A stretch of DNA of 64,000 nucleotides, from NCBI RefSeq assembly GCF_009914755.1, contig NC_060935.1. One strand, given 5' to 3'. Numbering within the stretch: the stretch's first letter is position 1; each line of letters starts with the position of its first letter. This document shows, piece by piece, positions 56,627 to 64,000 of this stretch. This stretch comes from the human T2T-CHM13v2.0 reference genome, Homo sapiens. The translations under genes and the position numbers were made by a program. The notes beneath the pieces are model-generated. The model saw only the letters and a list, made by a program, of their open reading frames with translations, made no database searches and was not told the DNA's origin.

Positions 56627-56939
56627 TTGCTTTTCAACAGCTTTCATTAAGCCCTTTAGTTCCGTTGAGAAATATTTATCCATTGTTTGCCAAAGCCTTT
56701 ACACCACCTGTATTCCGTGGACCTATTTTAATACATGTATTTTCCTTAAAATGCACATACTATTTTGCTGCTATCTCCAGGACCCCAGTTCCTTCAATGA
56801 TATTTTATTTTCATGTCTTGTTTAGTGTTGGATTTAAACACAGAAACAGTTTTCCAAAGTGACAAAAGATCTGATCATTACTATTCAGTCTTCAAAGGCA
56901 CCGGGAAATACCGTGTGTTACTGCATCCTCCTCGTTCCC

Positions 56940-57920
56940 TTTTTTAAGCAGCTTTATTGAGATATAATCTATATACTGTAAAATTCACCTATTTGACGTG
57001 TAAAGTTGGATTTTTTTTAGTGTATTTACAGAGTTTTGTAACTATCATCATAATCTAATTTTAGAACACTTTCATCACCCCAAATAGAAACCTCTTAGGC
57101 AGTCACTTCCCATCCTCCCCACTTCCTACCAGTAATCTCTTTATTGTCTCTATAGATTTGCCTATTCAAGACCATTCGAATAAATAGAATCATACAACAT
57201 GTGGTCTGTTGTAACTGGCTTCTTTCTCGTAGATTAACGTTTTTGAAGTTAATCCATACTGCAGCTTTTATCAGTGCATCATTCTTATTAATTGCCAAAT
57301 ACTATTCCGTTGTAGAGATATAGCATACCTATCCATTCATCGATGGTAGGATTTGTGTTATTTCCACTTTCTTTTGCTTCTATGAATAATGCTGCTATGA
57401 ACATTGATGTATCAGTTTTCATATGAACATATGCTTTTATTTTCCTCGGGTATATATCTAGGAGTGGAATTGCTGGATTATGTGGTAGCTTTATATTGAA
57501 CATTTTAAGAAACTGCCAAACTGTTTTCCAGGCATCTGCATGTTACCTTCCCATCAATAATGTATGAGGGTTCCAATTTCTGTACATACTCACTAACACT
57601 TGTTATTGTCTTTTTTATTATAGCCATCCTAGTGGTTGTAAAGTGGTATCTCAGTGTGATTTTGATTCTATTGTGATTTGATTCTACTGACTAATGTAGC
57701 AAGTATTTTCATATACTTATTAGTTATTCACGTTTTTGGAGAAGTGTCTATTCAGATCATTTGCCTGTTTACAAAAATTTAGTTGTATTTTTCATTATTG
57801 AGTTGCAAGAATTCTTTATATATTCTGAATACAAGTCCCTTATTAGATATATGATTTACAAATATTTCCTCCCATTCTGAGTGTTATCATTCTATGTTCT
57901 TAATGGTGTCAGTTGAAGCA
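56940..57920 (-). mobile_element. L1MB-type 3' fragment
   Basis: CAGCTTTATTGAGATATAAT start, GAATAATGCTGCTATGAACATT and TAGGAGTGGAATTGCTGG. Confidence 0.9.
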
Positions 57921-57929
57921 TACCCCCCT

Positions 57930-58238
57930 TATTTTTTTTTTTTTTTTATTTTTTGAGACAGGGTCTGGCTCTATTGCCCAGGCTGTAATGCAGGGGCATC
58001 ATCTCTGCTTACTGAAACCTCTGACTCCCAGGCTCAAGCGATCCTGCCACCTCAGCCTCTGGAGTGTCTTGGACTATGGGTGCTGCACCACGACCTCCCC
58101 AGCTAATTATTATTTTTTTTATGAAGATGGGGTTTCACCCTGTTGCCCAAGTTGGTCTTGAACTCCACAGCTCAGCTGATCCACCTGACTTGGCCCCTCA
58201 AATTGCTGGGATTACAGATGTGAGCCACAATGCCCAGT
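57930..58238 (-). mobile_element. AluJ, antisense, intronic
   Basis: Poly-T, GAGACAGGGTCT, GGCTCAAGCGATCC...GCTGGGATTACAGATGTGAGCCAC. Confidence 0.9.
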
Positions 58239-58590
58239 CACACTCCCCCATTTTAAAAAAGGGCCTTTGTAATCTATTTATGCTTACATGTGATCCAAAT
58301 TGTGCCTCTGATTAGGGTGGAGGTGAGAGAAATAGATATTGATGAGGAATACCGTATATTTGATGGCTGGGACTAATTACTGCATTCTGCCCAAATTCCT
58401 GTATCTAGATATATTCAAAGAACCAGAACCCAAGCATCAGGGAAGTGTGGCATTGATGAGATCAGGGCCTAAAGAGCAGCATAGTTCAGGCCACTCATAT
58501 GACTCGTATATTTTTAGATGTTTCTTAGCATGTCAGTTCTTTTGCTGGTTTAGTTTTACTGCCCATTATTGAGACCTGTGTTCTTATTAG

Positions 58591-58976
58591 GTATCTTAGC
58601 CTACTTTTTTTTATTGCTATAACAGAATACCACAGCCTGGGTAATTTATAAAGAAAATATTTCGCTTTTGGTTCTGGAGTCTGGAAAGTCCAAGAGCATG
58701 GTATTGGCATCTGACAAGGACCTTTGTGCTGCCTCTTAACATGTTGGAAGGTCAAGGGAGCACATTAGACCAAGAGATAAATGTGTCCAAACTTATCCTT
58801 TCATTAGGAACCCAATTCTAATGTAACTGTTGCACTCCCATGAGAATGGCATGAATTCATTCATGAGGATGGAGCCCTCATGACGTAATCACCTCTTCAA
58901 GGCTCTACCTCCTAATACCATTACAATGACAGTTAAATTTCACCATGAGTTTTGGAGGGATATTTAAACCATAGCA
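58591..58976 (-). mobile_element. MSTC/MLT1A-type MaLR LTR
   Basis: TTGCTATAACAGAATACCACAGCCTGGGTAATTTATAAAG...AAACCATAGCA. Confidence 0.85.
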
Positions 58977-59096
58977 CTAAGATGTATGAAAAGTTCATTG
59001 TTATGAGAGTTTTTTTTTTTTTTTAATGAACATTCCAGTGGATTTTTAGAACTCTGCTTCCAGATATATTTTCTCTTGGATTTAAATGACACTGTT

Positions 59097-59480
<384 letters not shown>

Positions 59481-59857
59481 TTAATAGCTACTTTCATTTC
59501 TATGTTTTAAAATATAAGAAGACTTTTTAGACTAAATTTACCCATATAGGTAAGCCTTGATTTTGTATGTGCTTTCTAAATCACCTTTAAATACTGAATA
59601 TGAGAGTTAATTTATAAAATTGATTGTAAGAGAGACAACATAACATTTTGCCTTTTAGACTTAATAGATCTAAGATTTATTACATCTTCTCTACTTTTTT
59701 CACAATTAAACACATGAGGAATCAGTGATCTCCAATTGGCTAATTTCCTACTATCTTCTAATTTTAAAAATGAAATTCTAATGGCAGAAGTTAATAGAGC
59801 ACTTAATTAGTTACATAAACAAACATTGCCAGTAAAATGTCATTGCTGGAATTTAAC

Positions 59858-59936
59858 TTTTTTTTTTTTTTTTGAGGTCTTACTCTGTTGCCCAGGCTGG
59901 AGTGCAGTGGTGTGATCATAGCTCACCATAGCCTCA
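59858..59936 (-). mobile_element. Short Alu 3'-end fragment, antisense
   Basis: Poly-T, then GGTCTTACTCTGTTGCCCAGGCTGGAGTGCAGTGG...GCCTC. Confidence 0.88.
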
Positions 59937-62099
59937 AGAAATGTTTATGCTTTAGCTGATTTATGATACAGTTGGTATTGGAAAAGACAGTTTGAGACTT
60001 TAGCATTGGAAAAGGCAGATTAAAACTTGAACGTTAGGTTGTTTGCATCTTTACGGCTATGTTAAGCATTGTGTCCAACTAAGCCATCCGTCTTTAGTAA
60101 TGTTAATATTTGATTAGAAATATTTTATTTTATACTGCTAGTAAGAGTGTAAACTGAGAAGACCAGTTGGTAAGTACAAGTGCTATTTTTGGGCTGTGGA
60201 TTTGCTGGAGTGTGTATTCTTAGTCATGTGCTTTCAGTGAAAACTCAAGACTCAGTCTTTAGGCTGGCTTTACTTTTGGCAAGTATTTGATGATTCTCCA
60301 CAGTGATTGGTACCAAATCTTTCATATCCCTGGAATCTAGCCCGCAGGGAGAGTATAGTGCTATCCATTCATTTTAGAGGAAGTTGGAGGAATAGAAAGA
60401 AGCTGACAGAGTTGTTGGCTTCAAATCCTGCCTCTTCAGTCAGGCCTCAGTTTTGACAGAGGTTTTGGTGATTATGCATAGTCACAGCATCTTTATACTC
60501 CATGAGGGAGTATGAAAGTGTCTGAGTCTATGGTCTGTGTGAACATCTAATTGCAAGGGTGCATACATGTGAGAGAGCTAGCGAGCAGTAAGTGTGCAGG
60601 GGTGAGAGGGAGCATGGTGTGTGTGGAAGTAAATCTATCCTCTTGAATGTCCCGATGTTTCACAAAAGGATGCAGTTGACAAAATGTGTCTCTGTTGGTT
60701 CTCTGGAGCTGACAGTCTTGTGGAGGGATGTGTATTTGAGCTAGGTGTCCAGAGAGGGCTGCATTCAAGGTGGTATGGGAGCAGGTGGGAGGCCAATCCA
60801 GGGGACAGTTGAGGTTTCAGGCAAGGCCTGAAAGGAGGAGGTCTAGGCTGATATAATGTGAAAAATAAGCAAGAGTTAGAAAGGGAAGAAACAGTGTTAG
60901 TTCTAGAGAAAGAAAGCTGTAATTTTAAAGGTTAAAGTGTGAAAGGAGAGCTAGTAATAATAGGAGGTAATCTGGGGGATTCATATTGTCCCTTTTCCAC
61001 ATTCTCAAATAAATGCATCGCATCAAATTTTAATAGCAGCTTGAAAATATTTTTTCACCTACTTGTTTTATGTTAAATGGAACAAAAATAATTAGGAAAA
61101 AGAGGGGCTAGTGTTTGCAGTTTTTCAACTTTCTTTTTGTAAAAATAGAATTGTAAAACTCTTTAAACCTAGCTTAAGGTTTGCAGTTGCTTGATTGTTC
61201 TGTGATTGGAACTATATTTTGTTTGATGCATTGTTCTTTGGCATAATAGTGACTGTTTTTGTCCTTAAAAAAAAGCCTCTCTAAGTCAATGTTAACTATC
61301 ATATCTTGAGACACAAGGCTTGTATTTCTTAGAATCCTATTCTTTATCTATTCACTGTAAAGCCATTCTAAATTGGTCTCCTTTTCATTCACAGATCTAA
61401 CGAGAGATGATCAGGATCAGGATCAACTGAGTTTTGAGCTATGTGTTTAGGCAGTAATCATGGGTAAAACCCATTGATGATAATACTGCATGATGTTTAA
61501 TATTTTTCAAGCATTTCCCTTTAGATTTGTATCTTTTACATGAGAAAGCCTGCACTCAGAAAGTTAAGTGGTATAGCTATAGTTGGTTAGTTTTCATGTT
61601 TTGCTTAGAGTAAAACATTTTAAGAGCAGATCCTGCAACACAAAGATCTGAATACAGAAGGAGTTATTTCGATTTTATTCTGACATTCTGAAACTTAGCC
61701 CAAGGAATTTACAGCAGTTTTGAAGCTTAACAGTAGAATAGAATAATAACAACAATATCAACAAGAATAACACCTGCTTACCTCCTATATGCCAAGTACA
61801 TGCATTATCTATTTAGTGCTTACACAAACATTATGAGATAGACATACCACTTATGACAGCTGAGAGCTTTGAATTTATGTCATACTCTTGCAATGGATGC
61901 TAGGAAATGTTTTGTTTGCTTGAGTACATTACTACACCATATAATTGAGGTTCTATTAGCAAAGAAGGAGGAGGAGGAGGAAAGATATTTGTCAGTAGCC
62001 TGTAGCCTCTGCTGTATTAGTCACCCACCATTAAGTCTTTCCTATTTTATTAAAGGACATCTTCTCAAATTTCTCATGCTTAGGAGTCTTCTATTTCAT

Positions 62100-63255
62100 C
62101 TTAACATAGTTTTATGAAAATAGGTATATTTTCTAAAACAAAGTAAATTTAGTGATAAGAGTGCATTGTTCTACTTTAAAAAAAATCTCTTTGATCTCTG
62201 GCCTGATAAAATATAGGTATTCTCGTATCTGCATTACATTCACTCTGTTGTGATGTGTTGTGTTTTGGTTGAAGTGTATGAAAAAAATCTGGCCTCTTAG
62301 AGATCTATAGTTGAAAAGGGAGGATAATTTTAGAAAGTTTTTGAATAATTATGGATATTCTTCTCTGATTTGCCCCCAAATTCAACGAATAATAGGTTCT
62401 TTAAAGTTAGATATAATGTAGAATTTGAAACCATTGAAATGAACTTTTATTTCACTGCTGCATTAAAATCTATTGGTCTGTCCTTCACTTTAAATGTATC
62501 TTTTTCTCATGCATGGTTTTGTAACATCATGTATTGCTTATTTGGAAAACAATTATCTACTGAGTTATACAGATCTTCCAAATGCTGACATATTTCATTT
62601 TAAAATACCAAAACGTAATGCTAACATCATCACTGATCTTATCAGGAATGCCTTGGGAATCTGTTAAGCACACAGTGACGGTCATAAGTTTACAAAAATT
62701 ATTTCATTTGCAACTCAAATTTTGTCATTGGCAATAAATACTGTCAGGTGTTTTCCATGAAGTGATAGATTCATGTCATTAATGTTTGAGGTAATATCTG
62801 ACAAATAGTCAGGTCTGTATGACTCTATATGTTTTCCCATCATACTTTCAACTAAAATGGTGTTTTATGAAAAATTTAGCTACTTTACCTTGCAATGTAA
62901 AGTACTTTTTCATGAGGCAACCATGGTACTTTGGAATGCAGCATCAGCGCTTCATGCATTCTTCCTGTTTCTTTATAGATTATTAAAAATTTGTGTGTTC
63001 AGGGTCAAGATTTTATAAACTTCATAAGCTTTACTGTTTATCAAGGACATTTTTAAGTTAAACTACATTTTTGTTTCTTTTTGTACTGAGAGTGCATGAT
63101 GGTGGAGAATATAATGACTACTAATATAGTCTGGTGCCATAGCCTTGATTCACATGATGGCACCAGCAGTTTTATCCCATTGTTTTTGCATCACCAGTGC
63201 AAACGTCAACAGAATGAAAAAGACAAATATGGTTTTAATATTATTATAAAACTTT
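62100..63255. mobile_element. Charlie1a-like hAT DNA transposon remnant
   Basis: TTTTGGTTGAAGTGTATGAA, CATTAAAATCTATTGGTCT, CAGATCTTCCAAATG and GCACCAGCAGTTTTA match Charlie1 as recalled. Confidence 0.8.
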
Positions 63256-63430
63256 AAATACAAAATAAAATGTATAAATTTGACACATACAAAAAGTAAA
63301 ATAAATTGTATCTTGATGGGGGATGGCAGACAGTACTTTAAAATTGCTGATATAGGATTTGAATTATCACCTAGAAGGAGAAGTTGTATGGGTGTGTTTT
63401 GTATGGGTGTGTTATGTATGTGTGTGAGTA

Positions 63431-63629
63431 CTGTTGTCTCTCAGTATCCACAGGCATTGGTTTCAGGATACCCCACTGGTACCAAAATCCAAGGATGCTC
63501 AAGTCCCTTATATAAAATGCCATAGTATTTGCATATAACCTATGCACATCCTTGTGCATGCTTTAAATCATTGCTAGATTACTTATAATATGTAATACAA
63601 AGGAAATGCCATGTAAATATTTGTTATAC
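63431..63629 (+). mobile_element. MER2 (TcMar-Tigger MITE), 5' part
   Basis: TA|CTGTTGTCTCTCAGTATCC...GGATGCTCAAGTCCCTTATATAAAATG...CTAGATTACTTATAATA. Confidence 0.88.
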
Positions 63630-63719
63630 CTCTTTGCACAGTGCCTGGTGCATGGCAAGTTATCATTATATTTTGGCTTTTCATTTGCAGCCACAGTGAA
63701 AAACTTGGCTCCCTTGTCA

Positions 63720-64000
63720 GCTCGCTCATTCAATTTTTCAATAAATGTTTATCAGCCGTCTTTCATTTGCCAATCAGTGTGCTAAAAGAACAAAATCAAA
63801 AATTGTGCTCACTTTTCAGAAACTTATCTTCTTTTGCGGATAAAAAGATAGTAATTAAAATGCACAAATATTCGTGTAAAATTGAAACCCTGACAAGTGC
63901 AAATAGAGATATATCAGATGCTTTGAACTAGCCAGATATGTGAAAGAAGGCTTCCCTGGGGAGAGAGTGACTTTCAAGCTGATATCTGAAGGATGTGAAG
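63720..64000 (-). mobile_element. L2 fragment
   Basis: CATTCA...CAATAAATGTTTAT...GAAGGCTTCCCTGG..GA..GTGACTTT.AAGCTGA. Confidence 0.6.

Noticed and set aside
62100-63255. Charlie1 remnant as a domesticated transposase
   Set aside because: No long ORF; heavily degenerate

Overview
Human or great-ape genomic DNA, AT-rich and dominated by transposable elements (Alu including AluY, L1, L2, MIR, MaLR/ERV LTRs, hAT and Tigger DNA transposons). The only recognisable protein-coding sequence is the first coding exon of ANO5 (anoctamin-5/TMEM16E, chr11p14.3 in human). Its ATG is at 56001 and encodes MGDPDLLEVLAEE-G, with the splice donor at 56041, inside a CpG island (~55.0-56.4 kb); intron 1 runs off the end of the window. 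The first ~55 kb is upstream sequence, including a near-full-length antisense L1PA (7487-13165). Main observations: (1) the ANO5 frame stays open for 309 codons upstream of the known ATG, with strong-Kozak in-frame ATGs at 55314 and 55479, suggesting a possible N-terminally extended ANO5. (2) A strong 3' splice site 29 nt before the ATG could turn exon 1 into a symmetric 69-nt internal exon. (3) Sense-strand MaLR LTRs upstream retain donors, two retain a TATA element and one a DUX4 motif, so they could feed that acceptor. (4) There are several templated-insertion or hairpin scars, one apparently copied from the ANO5 CpG island into a THE1 LTR 2.4 kb away. Repeat subfamily names are recalled from consensus sequences, and boundaries are approximate unless target-site duplications (TSDs) are quoted.
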